A stretch of DNA of 64,000 nucleotides from an uncultured Candidatus Binatia bacterium (GTDB lineage: Bacteria; Desulfobacterota; Binatia; UBA9968; JAJDTQ01), in assembly GCA_964291295.2 (NCBI GenBank), contig OZ219754.1, positions 1,568,001-1,632,000 of the forward strand, written 5' to 3'. Position numbers and translations under genes: made by a program. The notes below the pieces were generated by a model, which was given only the letters and a program-made list of their open reading frames with translations, did no database searches and was not told where the DNA came from. This document shows, piece by piece, positions 21,980-31,781 of this stretch (within the stretch, counting starts at the first letter, position 1; each line of letters starts with the position of its first letter).

Positions 21980-23454
21980 ATGAAGTGTCCCGCAACAAAG
22001 ACGCGAGGTTCGACAAGTTCCAGGAAGAATGCGCGGTGGTGGGAGTCCACGGCCATCCGGAAGCCGCCAACATGGTGTATCTGGGTCTCTATGCCCTGCA
22101 GCACCGCGGCCAGGAGTCGTCGGGCATCGTCTCTTCCGACCGGGGAATTCTCATCTCGCACCGCCAGATGGGTCTGGTGGCCGACGTCTTCAAGGAGGAG
22201 ATCATCAAGAACCTGCGCGGCTCCTCCGCCATCGGACACAACCGCTATTCCACCAGTGGGCGCACCGATATCAAGAACGCCCAGCCGTTGGTGGTCGAAT
22301 ACGCTGGCGGACCCATCGCCGTCTCCCACAACGGCAACCTGATCAACGCCAACCAGCTCCGGGAGCAACTCGAAGCGTCCGGTTCCATCTTCCAGTCCAC
22401 CTCCGACACCGAGGTCATCGTCCACCTCATTGCCACCTCGCGGGAGAAGAGCCTCAAGGACCGTGTCATCGACGCCCTGCACCGGGTCAAGGGTTCCTAT
22501 TCGCTGGTGTTCCTCACCGCCGACACCATGATCGCCGCCCGCGACCCCGTGGGTTTCCGGCCGTTGATCCTGGGGCGGTTCCGCCGCTCCGACAGGGCGG
22601 ACTCCTGGGTGGTGGCATCGGAAACCTGCGTGCTCGACCTGATCGAGGCGGAGTACGAACGCGAGGTGGAGCCCGGCGAGGTGCTGGTGCTCGGCCCCGG
22701 CGGCATGGAATCCCTCCGGCCCTTTCCGGAGACCCCGCCGGCCCGGTGCATCTTCGAGTCCATCTACTTTTCCCGGCCCGACAGCAAGGTCTTCGGCCAC
22801 AGCGTCTACCAGTATCGCAAGGAACTGGGCCGCCAGCTCGCCCGGGAAAGCCACGTCGAAGCCGATCTGGTGACACCGGTCCCCGACTCCGGCGTGCCCG
22901 CCGCCATCGGCTATGCCGAACAGTCGGGGGTGCCGCTGGACCTCGCCCTGATCCGCAATCACTACGTTGGCCGCACCTTCATCGAGCCGCAGCAGCATAT
23001 CCGGAACTTCGGCGTCAAGATCAAGCTCAACGCCATGTGCGAGGTGCTTCAGGGCAAGCGCGTGGTGGTGGTGGACGACTCCATCGTCCGCGGCACCACC
23101 AGCCAGAAGATCATTCGCATGCTGCGGGAGGCGGGCGCCACCGAAGTCCACGTCCGCATCAGCTCCCCGCCCACCATCAGCCCCTGCTACTACGGCATCG
23201 ACACCCCCACCCACAAGGAGCTCATCGCCTCCGTCCACTCCGTGGACGGCATCCGCGCCTTCATCGGCGCCGACTCCCTCGCCTACCTCAGCCGCGCCGG
23301 CCTCTACACCTTCTTCAAGGGTGACGACACCGGCTACTGCGACGCCTGCTTCACCGCCAACTACCCCATGCTGGCCGACGACAACGGCAAGACGCCGCAG
23401 CTGCATCTTTTCGAGGCCGCCGCCGCGGCTGAGGGAAGCCGCCGCCTGACGTGA
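21976..23454 (+). CDS. purF: Amidophosphoribosyltransferase
   Basis: EECAVVG (propeptide then catalytic Cys), LQHRGQE, HNGNL, VDDSIVRGTT, PCYYGIDTP. Start GTG 21976 or 21955. Confidence 0.97.
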   Translation: MNEVSRNKDARFDKFQEECAVVGVHGHPEAANMVYLGLYALQHRGQESSGIVSSDRGILISHRQMGLVADVFKEEIIKNLRGSSAIGHNRYSTSGRTDIKNAQPLVVEYAGGPIAVSHNGNLINANQLREQLEASGSIFQSTSDTEVIVHLIATSREKSLKDRVIDALHRVKGSYSLVFLTADTMIAARDPVGFRPLILGRFRRSDRADSWVVASETCVLDLIEAEYEREVEPGEVLVLGPGGMESLRPFPETPPARCIFESIYFSRPDSKVFGHSVYQYRKELGRQLARESHVEADLVTPVPDSGVPAAIGYAEQSGVPLDLALIRNHYVGRTFIEPQQHIRNFGVKIKLNAMCEVLQGKRVVVVDDSIVRGTTSQKIIRMLREAGATEVHVRISSPPTISPCYYGIDTPTHKELIASVHSVDGIRAFIGADSLAYLSRAGLYTFFKGDDTGYCDACFTANYPMLADDNGKTPQLHLFEAAAAAEGSRRLT

Positions 23455-23474
23455 CGGCGGTGCGGTCCGCCGTT

Positions 23475-25226
23475 TCAGGTTTCCGGCCGGGTGCCGTCTT
23501 TCCGCGCCGTTTCAGGGTCGCCGGTTCCAGGCCGGGACGGCTCCGCGCACCGGCCGGTCACCACGACACCGTAGTCGCTCCGGGCGCTTTCCGCCGACAC
23601 GTACCCCTGCCGCACGTCTTCCAGCACCGCTTCCGGACGACGCTCGGAGGCAGCCCCCACGCCGCCTCCGCCCGGCCGCTCCACCCGCAGCAGGTCGCCG
23701 GCCTTCAGCCACTGGTCGCCGAAGCGGGAGGGCAGGCGGCGCTCGTCTTCCCGGCCGGGGTTGATGATGCAGCCGCCGGTGGCTCCCGGCCGGCCGCCAT
23801 CGATGCCCTGGGGGGCGAGGGCGTGCTTGTCGGTGCGCATGGAGAAGCGGACGCCGTCCTGGAGGATGCGGTATTCGCGGACAAAGCCGAGGCCGCCGCG
23901 ATGCCGGCCGGGACCGCCGGAATCGGGCCGCAGCTCGAAGCGTTCCACTCGGGTGGGAAACTCGGACTCGATGATCTCCACCGGGGCGGCCTTGCCGTTG
24001 CTCAGGTGGAACGAGGTGGCGGAGACGCCGTCCTTGCCGTTCCGGCCGCCCGCGCCGCCGGCGAATATCTCGTACTGGACGTAGCTGCGGCTGCCGTCCC
24101 GGGTGCGGCCTCCCAGGGCGATGGCGCCACTGCCGGAGCCCTCCGCGATGGTCTTGTCGGGGACCAGGGAGCCCATGGCCTGTAGCAGGGCTTCGGCCAC
24201 GACCAGCGCGGTGGGCATGTAGGCGTTCACCGCGGCCGGGTAGTCGGGGCAGACGACGGTGCCCTGGCGAAAGCGGGTTTCCACCACCCGTGCCAGTCCC
24301 TGGTTGACGGGCAGGAACGGATCGACCAGGGCGATGAGGCAGTAGCAGCAGCAGGCCCGTACCAAGGGAGGGCGGATGTTGGCCGGTCCGGCGGTCTGGG
24401 GGCCGCATTCCGAGAAGTCGAACAGGATGCGGTCGCCGGTCTTCTCCACGATGACCCGGATGCGCACCGGCCTGTCGAGGTCGATGCCGTCGTTGTCGAC
24501 GCAGGCTTCTCCCCGGTACCGGCCGTCGGGCCACGAGGCGATGACCTGCCTGAGCCGGCGTTCGGCCTGCCCCGCCAGATCCCGGGTGGAGGCCGCCACC
24601 GTGTCCCTGCCGTACCTGTCCAGCAGCTCGGCCAGCCGCCGCTCGCCCAGCCGGTTGGCGCCCACCTGGCCGCGGATGTCGCCCACCACCACCTCGGGAG
24701 TCCGGCTGTTGGCGTGGAGGAACCACTCCAGTTCGCGTACCGGACGGCCCGCGTCCATGAACTTCACCGCCGGCAGGTGCAGGCCTTCCTGAAAGATCTC
24801 CCGGGCCGTGCCCGAGCCGCTGCCGGGCACGGTGCCGCCGATGTCGCTCTTGTGGGCCATGCTGGCACAGAAGCCTGCCCACGCCCCCCGGTGGAAGACG
24901 GGGGTGAGCACGCCCATGTCCGGGGCATGGGGGCTGCCGCCGCGGTAGGGATGGTTGAGGATGTAGGCGTCGCCCTGCCGCAGCGTTTCGGGGGGAAACC
25001 GTTCGAGCACCCCCTCCGCGCAGGCGGGAAAGGCGCCCATGTGGAGCGGCAACACCACGTGCTGGGCGATGACCTCGGCCCGGGTGTCGAGGATGGCGCA
25101 ACTGGCGTCGTGGGATTCCCGGATGATGGTGGAGAAGCCGGTGCGGAAGAGCGAGGTCTGCATCTCCTGTACGATGCCGTCCAGGGCGGCGCGGATGACC
25201 TGGACCGTGATGGGGTCGGCGGTCAT
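23475..25226 (-). CDS. Hydantoinase B/oxoprolinase family protein (copy 2)
   Basis: DPITVQVI, RTGFSTIIRES.DASC, NHPY.GGSPHAPD, AHKSDIGG, DSGGPGRHRGGLG, PGGGGVG. Confidence 0.93.
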   Translation of the reverse strand: MTADPITVQVIRAALDGIVQEMQTSLFRTGFSTIIRESHDASCAILDTRAEVIAQHVVLPLHMGAFPACAEGVLERFPPETLRQGDAYILNHPYRGGSPHAPDMGVLTPVFHRGAWAGFCASMAHKSDIGGTVPGSGSGTAREIFQEGLHLPAVKFMDAGRPVRELEWFLHANSRTPEVVVGDIRGQVGANRLGERRLAELLDRYGRDTVAASTRDLAGQAERRLRQVIASWPDGRYRGEACVDNDGIDLDRPVRIRVIVEKTGDRILFDFSECGPQTAGPANIRPPLVRACCCYCLIALVDPFLPVNQGLARVVETRFRQGTVVCPDYPAAVNAYMPTALVVAEALLQAMGSLVPDKTIAEGSGSGAIALGGRTRDGSRSYVQYEIFAGGAGGRNGKDGVSATSFHLSNGKAAPVEIIESEFPTRVERFELRPDSGGPGRHRGGLGFVREYRILQDGVRFSMRTDKHALAPQGIDGGRPGATGGCIINPGREDERRLPSRFGDQWLKAGDLLRVERPGGGGVGAASERRPEAVLEDVRQGYVSAESARSDYGVVVTGRCAEPSRPGTGDPETARKDGTRPET

Positions 25227-25242
25227 GTCCGTTCCCGAAACC

Positions 25243-27012
25243 TCACTCCCTCACTCCCGCGCGCGCCGCGGCCGTGCGCGCCTCGTCCAGCACCGGGCCG
25301 CCGCCGGTTTCCCGCAAGGCGACGCCGTAGACGTCCAGGGCGTTTTCCGGTGACACGTAGCCGTTGGCGACGTCTCGCAGCACGGCTTCGGGGTCGCGTT
25401 CCCGGGGCTCGCCGAGACCGCCGCCTCCCGGGGTTTCGAGGCGGAACACGTCGGCCTGCCGAACGGGGATGTCGGAGCACCGGGAGGGGATCTCCCGTTC
25501 CTCGTTCGAGCCCGGGTTGAGGATGCCCTTGCCGGTACGACCGGAACCGCCGCCTTCCACCCCCCTGGGCGCCACTACGTGCTTGGTGGAGCGGAGCGAG
25601 AAGCGGCACTCGGGGTTCAGGAACTCGTATTCCCGGACAAAGCCCAGACCGCCGCGGAACCTGCCGGCACCGCCCGAGTCCGGCAGCAGCTCGAAGCGGC
25701 GCAGGCGGGTGGAGAACTCCGACTCGATGATTTCGATGGGGGCGATGCGGGCGTTGGACTGGTTGACGTTGGTGCCGGAAACGCCGTCCTTGCCGGAGCG
25801 GGCGCCGGAGCCGCCGCCGAAGATCTCGTACTGGACGTAGCTTCGGCCGGTCTTCTCGCTCCGGCCGCCGATGATGACGGAGCGGCTGGCGCAACCGTCG
25901 GCGACCTTCTTGACCGGCGTGAGTTGGCTCAGTGCCTCGAACAGGGCCTCCACCAGGGCGTGGACCGTGGGGTTGTAGGTGTTCACCGGCGCCGGGAAGC
26001 GGGGATTCAGCACGCTTCCCTCGGGGCAGTGGACTTCCACCACCCGGGCCAGCCCCTGATTGGTGGGGAGTGCCGGGTCGGTCAGCGCGGTCAGGCAGTA
26101 GGAACACGCCGCCCGCACCACCGAAGGCCGGATGTTGGCGGGGCCGCGGGTCTGGTCCGCGCTGCCGGAGAAGTCGAAGCGCAGCCGGTCGTCCTGCTTG
26201 TCGATGCGCACGCGGATGCGCACGGGCTGGTCGAGGTCGATGCCGTCGCTGTCCAGGAAGCGTTCGCCCCCGGCGCTCTTGTCGGGCCAGGTCGCGATCT
26301 CGTTGCGCACGCGCTCCTCGGTGAGCTGGAAGAGGCGGTGGTAGCAGGCGAGCACGGTTTCGCGGCCGTACCGGGCCATCATCGCGCCGAGGCGCCGCTC
26401 GCCCAGGCGCGCGGCGCCCAGCTGCCCGCGGATGTCGCCCACCACAAGCTCGGGCGTGCGGCTGTTGGCGCCGATGATTTCCTCGATGTCCCGGTTGGTG
26501 CTGAAGCGGTCGATGTACTTGACCGGCGGCACCTGCAGCCCCTCCTGGTAGACCTCCCGGGCCTGGCTCCAGCAGCTTCCGGGCACCGGCCCGCCGATGT
26601 CGCTCTTGTGGGCCATGGTGGCGGAGAAACCCACCCATGCGCCCTCGAAGAAGATCGGCGTCATCACGCACATGTCCGGTGCGTGGGGGCTGCCGCCAAG
26701 GTAGGGATGATTGGTGAGGTAGGCGTCGCCCTCATGGATCTCCGCCGGGTCGTAGCTCCGCAACACGCCTTGGGCGCAGGCCGGAAACGCGCCCATGTGG
26801 AGCGGCAGCACCACATGCTGCGCCGCCACCCCGCCGTCGCGGGTGAGGATGGCGCAACTGGCGTCCTGGGATTCCCGGATGATGGTGGAGAAGCCGGTGC
26901 GGAAGAGCGAGTTCTGCATCTCCTGCACGATGCCGGCGAGCCGGGCCTGAATCACCTGGAGGGTGATGGGGTCCGCGGCGGCGTCCGCCGCGCGGGATTC
27001 CGCGTGTGCCAT
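25243..27012 (-). CDS. Hydantoinase B/oxoprolinase family protein (copy 1)
   Basis: Same motif set as the downstream paralog, plus TPGGGGLGEPRERDP. Confidence 0.93.
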   Translation of the reverse strand: MAHAESRAADAAADPITLQVIQARLAGIVQEMQNSLFRTGFSTIIRESQDASCAILTRDGGVAAQHVVLPLHMGAFPACAQGVLRSYDPAEIHEGDAYLTNHPYLGGSPHAPDMCVMTPIFFEGAWVGFSATMAHKSDIGGPVPGSCWSQAREVYQEGLQVPPVKYIDRFSTNRDIEEIIGANSRTPELVVGDIRGQLGAARLGERRLGAMMARYGRETVLACYHRLFQLTEERVRNEIATWPDKSAGGERFLDSDGIDLDQPVRIRVRIDKQDDRLRFDFSGSADQTRGPANIRPSVVRAACSYCLTALTDPALPTNQGLARVVEVHCPEGSVLNPRFPAPVNTYNPTVHALVEALFEALSQLTPVKKVADGCASRSVIIGGRSEKTGRSYVQYEIFGGGSGARSGKDGVSGTNVNQSNARIAPIEIIESEFSTRLRRFELLPDSGGAGRFRGGLGFVREYEFLNPECRFSLRSTKHVVAPRGVEGGGSGRTGKGILNPGSNEEREIPSRCSDIPVRQADVFRLETPGGGGLGEPRERDPEAVLRDVANGYVSPENALDVYGVALRETGGGPVLDEARTAAARAGVRE

Positions 27013-27045
27013 GGTTCTCTCCGGCGCCGTTCTTCGCCCGCGCCG

Positions 27046-29115
27046 CTACCCTTTCGACATGATGATCAGGTTCCTGAAGGCGTCCACCCGTGCCCGCTGT
27101 TCCGGATGGATGACGGTGGTGGTGTCCATCTGCTCCACCACCGCGGGGCCGTCGAACTCGTGTCCCGGCTCCAGGCGGGCCCGGTCGTAGATGGGGCAGT
27201 CCTGGAAGCCCGGGTCGCGGCCGAAGAAGATCCGGCGCTGGCCGGTGCGGGCATCGGCCGCACTTGCCCCGGTGGCCTCGAACGGCGACAGCCGCACCTG
27301 CGGCACCCGCGCCTCGGACACGAGCCTCACGCTCACCAGTTCCACGGGCTCGGACTCGGCCTTGTGGCCGTGGGCCTGCTCATGGATGGCGTGGAAGCGC
27401 TGCTGTGCCCGTTCCAGGTCGTCGGGTCCGAGCGGCGGGAGCGGGCACGGCACGGTCAGCTCGTAGCCTTGCCCGGCGTAGCGCAGATCCAGGAACGGCG
27501 TCAGCACGATGGCGTCGTCCGGAAAGCCCTCTTCGGAGAGTTCTTCCCGGGCCTGTTCCATGAGCGGGTCGAACAGGGCGTTGAGGTCGTCGGGTCCGAG
27601 TTCCCGCATGGGCGCCAGCCTGGAGCGCACGTGGTCGTGCTTCACGTCCGACATCAGCAGTCCCAGGGCCGAGTGGACTCCGGGGGTGGGCGGCACCAGC
27701 AGGGTGGGGATGCCGAGGTCCAGCGCCAGCCGGCCGGCGTGCATGGGGCCGGCGCCGCCAAAGGCCACCAGGGTGAAGTCCCGGATGTCGTAGCCGCGCT
27801 GGGACGACACCGCCTTGATGGCCTCCTCCATCTTGACGCTGATGATCCTGAGAATGCCGTCCGCGGCCTCGTGAAGGCCGAGTCCCAGCGGTCTGGCGAT
27901 CCGCTCCTCCACCAGCGATTCCGCCCGGGCCTTGTCGAGCCGGAGTCGGCCGCCCAGGAAATGGTCGGGATCCAGCACCCCCAGTATCACGTTGGCGTCG
28001 GTGACGGTGGCGTTGTCGCCGCCCCGGCCGTAACAGATGGGGCCCGGGTCGGCGCCGGCGCTGTCGGGCCCCACCTGCAGCGCTCCCACCGAGTCGATAC
28101 GCGCGATGGTGCCGCCGCCCGCGCTCACGGTGTGGATGTCCAGCATCGGCAGGCTGATGGGGCGCTGGTTGATGCGCCCCTGGGTCGTCACCACCGGACG
28201 GCCCTCGTGGATCAGCGCCACGTCGCAACTGGTGCCGCCCATGTCGAAGGTGATGATGTTGTCGATGCCCACCTTGGCGCTGGCTCCGAGCGACGAGATC
28301 ACCCCGCCGGCAGGTCCGGAGAGCACCGTGGCCACGGGGATGCGCGCCGAGGTTCGGAAGGTCGCCACGCCGCCGTTGGACTGCATGATGTAGAGTTGGG
28401 GCGTGGTGACGCCCATCTCCCGCAGGCGCGTCTCCAGCCGGTCGAGGTAGGCGCTCACCACCGGCGCGATGTAGGCATTGATGACCGTCGTGCTCATCCG
28501 GTAGAACTCGCGGATCTGCGGCAGCACTTCGCACGACAGCGACAGGCTGGCCTCCGGGAATTCCTCGGCCATGATTCGCTTCACCGCCCGTTCGTGTTCC
28601 AGGTTCAGGAAGGAGAACAGGAAACAGACCGCCACGGACTCGACGCCCTTGGCCTTGAGACGGCGGATGGCCTCGGTGGCCTGCCCGCAATCCACGGGGG
28701 TGAGCGCCCGGCCCTGGAAATCCACTCGTTCGCGGATCTCCTCGGTGGTGCGGGGGGCGGCCAGCAGGCGGGGTTTTTCGAAGAACAGGTCATAGGTGAC
28801 GGGACCGTAGCCCCGACTCTGCTCCATGACCTCGTAGATGCCGCGGAAACCTTCGGTCACCAGAAGGCCGGTCAGCGCCCCCTTTTCTTCCAGCAGAGCG
28901 TTGGTGCCCACGGTGGTGCCGTGGGAAAAGAAGCGGACGTCCTCGGCCGCAACGCCTCGGTCGAGCAGTTCCCGGACCCCGTCGAGCACCGCCTGGAACG
29001 GTTCCCTGGGGGTGGAAGGCACCTTGGTGATGGCGATCGCGCCGCTGTCTTCGTTGAAGAGAACAAAGTCGGAAAAGGTCCCTCCGGTGTCCACCGCTAC
29101 TCGATATCGCGCCAT
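27046..29115 (-). CDS. Hydantoinase A/oxoprolinase ATP-binding subunit
   Basis: VDTGGTFSD, HGTTVGTNALLE, SGPAGG, DMGGTSCD, SAGADPGPICYGRGG, FGGAGPMH. ATG 29115 is the likely start. Confidence 0.94.
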   Translation of the reverse strand: MARYRVAVDTGGTFSDFVLFNEDSGAIAITKVPSTPREPFQAVLDGVRELLDRGVAAEDVRFFSHGTTVGTNALLEEKGALTGLLVTEGFRGIYEVMEQSRGYGPVTYDLFFEKPRLLAAPRTTEEIRERVDFQGRALTPVDCGQATEAIRRLKAKGVESVAVCFLFSFLNLEHERAVKRIMAEEFPEASLSLSCEVLPQIREFYRMSTTVINAYIAPVVSAYLDRLETRLREMGVTTPQLYIMQSNGGVATFRTSARIPVATVLSGPAGGVISSLGASAKVGIDNIITFDMGGTSCDVALIHEGRPVVTTQGRINQRPISLPMLDIHTVSAGGGTIARIDSVGALQVGPDSAGADPGPICYGRGGDNATVTDANVILGVLDPDHFLGGRLRLDKARAESLVEERIARPLGLGLHEAADGILRIISVKMEEAIKAVSSQRGYDIRDFTLVAFGGAGPMHAGRLALDLGIPTLLVPPTPGVHSALGLLMSDVKHDHVRSRLAPMRELGPDDLNALFDPLMEQAREELSEEGFPDDAIVLTPFLDLRYAGQGYELTVPCPLPPLGPDDLERAQQRFHAIHEQAHGHKAESEPVELVSVRLVSEARVPQVRLSPFEATGASAADARTGQRRIFFGRDPGFQDCPIYDRARLEPGHEFDGPAVVEQMDTTTVIHPEQRARVDAFRNLIIMSKG

Positions 29116-29238
29116 CGGGGTTGCGTTAACATGATTCGGCAGAGGGTTCAATTGGGCGTCGGGAAGGGCCTCCGGGCGGCTTGACAGGGCCCGCGATTTC
29201 CCGATAGAGCAATGTCACAATCGTTTCGCGGCCGTATC

Positions 29239-29337
29239 GGGGCACCTTCGGGGCACCTTCGGGGCGCCACCGGGGCGCCACCGGGGCGCCTTCCGGGAGC
29301 CTTCAGGGAACCCTCAGGAGACCCGCAGGAGACCATT
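29239..29337. repeat. 11-bp tandem array, 9 progressively diverging units
   Basis: GGGGCACCTTC x2, GGGGCGCCACC x2, GGGGCGCCTTC, CGGGAGCCTTC, AGGGAACCCTC, AGGAGACCCGC, AGGAGACCATT. Confidence 0.9.
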
Positions 29338-29375
29338 ATCATGCGGGCCGCCGGCCCGGCCGGAGAGGAGCATTC

Positions 29376-30146
29376 ATGATCGAAGGGTTGCAGGGCAAGG
29401 TGGTGATCATAACGGGCGGAGGGCACGGCATCGGCAAGGCGTATGCCGAGGGATTTACCAGGTCCGGCTCCCGTGTGGTGGTGGCGGACATCGACGGCGA
29501 GGCGGCGGAGAAGGTGGCGGGAGACTTGGCGAAGCTGAGCGAGGCCGGGTCCATGGCGGTTGCCGTGGACGTGTCCGACGAGGCGTCCGCCAACCAGATG
29601 GCCGCCAAGGCCGTCGAGCGCTTCGGTCGGGTGGACGTGCTGGTGAACAACGCGTCGATCTTCGCCACCATTCCCATGAACCGGGGGGGCATCGAGGATA
29701 TCAGCATCGAGGAGTGGGACCGGCTCATGTCGGTGAACCTCAAGGGCGTGTTCCTGTGCTGCCGCGCGGTGCTGCCGCAGATGCGCCGGCAGAATTCCGG
29801 CAAGATCATCAACATCGCCTCCGGCACCGCCCTCTACGGCCCGCCCGGACGCATCCACTATGTGGCCTCCAAGGCCGGCGTCATGGGCTTCAGCCGCACG
29901 CTGGCGCGGGAGGTGGGCGACGACAACATCCAGGTGAACATCCTCTGTCCGGGGTCCACGCTGTCCGAGGAGCACCCCACCGAGGAGATCCTCAAGATGC
30001 GCCAGAGCAACATCGGTTCGCGCGCCCTCAAGCGGGTGCAGGTACCGCAGGATCTCGTGGGCGGGGTGCTGTTCATGGCCTCGCCGCTGGCGGATTTCAT
30101 GACCGGCCAGACCCTCGTGGTGGACGGGGGTCAGAACATGCACTAG
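29376..30146 (+). CDS. Short-chain dehydrogenase/reductase (classical SDR)
   Basis: TGGGHGIG, NNA, YVASK catalytic motif, GQTLVVDGG; GAGGAG RBS. Confidence 0.95.
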   Translation: MIEGLQGKVVIITGGGHGIGKAYAEGFTRSGSRVVVADIDGEAAEKVAGDLAKLSEAGSMAVAVDVSDEASANQMAAKAVERFGRVDVLVNNASIFATIPMNRGGIEDISIEEWDRLMSVNLKGVFLCCRAVLPQMRRQNSGKIINIASGTALYGPPGRIHYVASKAGVMGFSRTLAREVGDDNIQVNILCPGSTLSEEHPTEEILKMRQSNIGSRALKRVQVPQDLVGGVLFMASPLADFMTGQTLVVDGGQNMH

Positions 30147-30220
30147 CGACATCCCGGGCCTGACCCTCCGAATTTTCAGGAGTTACGGGCATATCCGCCG
30201 ATCTGATCCGCCGGCTTGCG

Positions 30221-31600
30221 TTGTTGCTGGGCACCGACTCCGTCCTCACGGACCCCCGGGAGTTGGAGCGCTGCTCCCGGGATGCCCTGAGCCCGAGCCG
30301 CATTTATCCCTCACACCCCGATCGCTCGCGTCCCGATCCCCTGCGCCCCATCGTCCCGGTTCGTCCCCTGTGCGTCTGCACCCCCGCCAGCACCGCCGAG
30401 GTACAGGCCGTGGTGGGCGCGGCGAACGAGGCCCGGGTGCCCCTGGTGCCCTATGGCGGCGGTTCCGGGCTCATGGGTGGAGCCGCCTCGCTGACTCCCG
30501 GCATCGTCGTGGACCTGCGGCGGATGAACGCCGTGCTGGAGATCGACGCGGAGTCGTTTACGGCGCGGGTCCAGGCGGGCGTGGTGCTGGAGACCCTGAA
30601 AACGGAACTGCGGCGGTCCGGTCTACTGTTGGGGCACGATCCCTGGACACTGCCGGTGGCGACGGTGGGCGGGGCCGTCTCCACCAACGGCCTCGGGTAC
30701 CGGGGTGGCAGGTATGGCTCCATGGGAGAGCAGTTGCTGGGGCTTGAGGCCGTGTTGCCCCAAGGAGGGGTGTGCCGCACCCGGGGCGTCTCCAGGGGTT
30801 CCACGGGCATCGACCTCAACCACCTGTTCATCGGCGGTGAAGGGTGCTTCGGCATTGTCACGGAGGTGACCCTCCGGGTCTTTCCGGTTCCCGAAGCGAG
30901 GTCGCTCCAGGCCGTCCGGTTCGGCTCCTTCGCCCGGGGTTTTGACGCCGTCCGGAAGTTCGGCGCCGCCGGCCTGAGGCCGTCCCTGCTGGACTACGGC
31001 GATGAGACGGAGGATCCCGACGGACCGTCGGTCCTCTACCTCGGGTTCGAGGGCAAGGCCGAGGTCGTGGCTGCGGAGGAGACCGTGGCCCTGGGAATCT
31101 GCCTGGACCGAGGGGGCGACAGGCTGGATCCGGACAGGGCCTGGCGGTTCTGGCGCGAACGCCATGCGGCCGGCCGGCGCTTTGCCGCGAACCGGCGGGA
31201 GCACCGGCAACCGGACGGCAGCGGCGTGCACCAGGATTGGGTGCATGTGGCCTTGCCCGCCTCCCGGGTGCTGGCCTTCAGGCGGGAGGCCATCGCCCTG
31301 GTTGCCGCGCATGGGGCGCGCTTCCGGGAGAGCGGAATCTGGACGGGCCCGGAGTTCTTCTCGCTGCGGCTTGCCAGGGAGGGCGGCGAGCAGGCCCGGG
31401 CGGAGCTGGGCGGCGCGGTCTCTGCGGTGCTCCGGGCGGTCCGGCGTTTCGGCGGGTCCGTGGAGTACTGTCACGGAGTCGGTGTCAAGCTGTCGCCGTT
31501 CATGGGCCGGGAGCACGGCGACGGCCTGGAGTGGATGCGTTGGTTGAAACGCTGCCTGGACCCCAACGGCGTCATGAATCCCGGCAAGCTCGATTTGTGA
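30221..31600 (+). CDS. FAD-binding oxidoreductase (GlcD / alkyl-DHAP synthase-like)
   Basis: PYGGGSGLMGG, ATVGGAVSTNG, IGGEGCFGIVT, HGVG...DPNGVMNPGK. The frame is open upstream to an ATA at 30191. Confidence 0.9.
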   Translation: MLLGTDSVLTDPRELERCSRDALSPSRIYPSHPDRSRPDPLRPIVPVRPLCVCTPASTAEVQAVVGAANEARVPLVPYGGGSGLMGGAASLTPGIVVDLRRMNAVLEIDAESFTARVQAGVVLETLKTELRRSGLLLGHDPWTLPVATVGGAVSTNGLGYRGGRYGSMGEQLLGLEAVLPQGGVCRTRGVSRGSTGIDLNHLFIGGEGCFGIVTEVTLRVFPVPEARSLQAVRFGSFARGFDAVRKFGAAGLRPSLLDYGDETEDPDGPSVLYLGFEGKAEVVAAEETVALGICLDRGGDRLDPDRAWRFWRERHAAGRRFAANRREHRQPDGSGVHQDWVHVALPASRVLAFRREAIALVAAHGARFRESGIWTGPEFFSLRLAREGGEQARAELGGAVSAVLRAVRRFGGSVEYCHGVGVKLSPFMGREHGDGLEWMRWLKRCLDPNGVMNPGKLDL

Positions 31601-31633
31601 GATTTGCCAGGATCGTTCCGGCGGGGCCGGTCT

Positions 31634-31662
31634 TTGACAATTCCATGCAACGTCGATACGAT
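31634..31662 (+). promoter_or_regulatory. Sigma70-type promoter
   Basis: TTGACA (31634-39), 17 bp spacer, TACGAT (31657-62). Confidence 0.7.
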
Positions 31663-31683
31663 GGCGTCCAGGCATGAGCGCAA

Positions 31684-31730
31684 GAGATTGTCGGAGAGAC
31701 TGTCGGAAGGACTGTCGGATACCATCGGAC
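31684..31730. repeat. 12-bp tandem repeat (3 clear copies plus 1 degenerate)
   Basis: GAGATTGTCGGA / GAGACTGTCGGA / AGGACTGTCGGA / TACCATCGGAC. Confidence 0.8.
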
Positions 31731-31749
31731 AGCCGACACCGGAACGGAG

Positions 31750-31781
31750 AGAACTGCACCTGAGGGTGTAGTTCTTTTTTT
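31750..31781 (+). terminator. Intrinsic terminator-like hairpin in the zinc-ribbon gene leader
   Basis: AGAACTGCACC-TGAG-GGTGTAGTTCT followed by a T run. Confidence 0.7.

Noticed and set aside
29239-29337. Mini-CRISPR interpretation of this and the other repeat arrays
   Set aside because: Units are 11-15 bp, contiguous with no spacers, and no cas genes are present.
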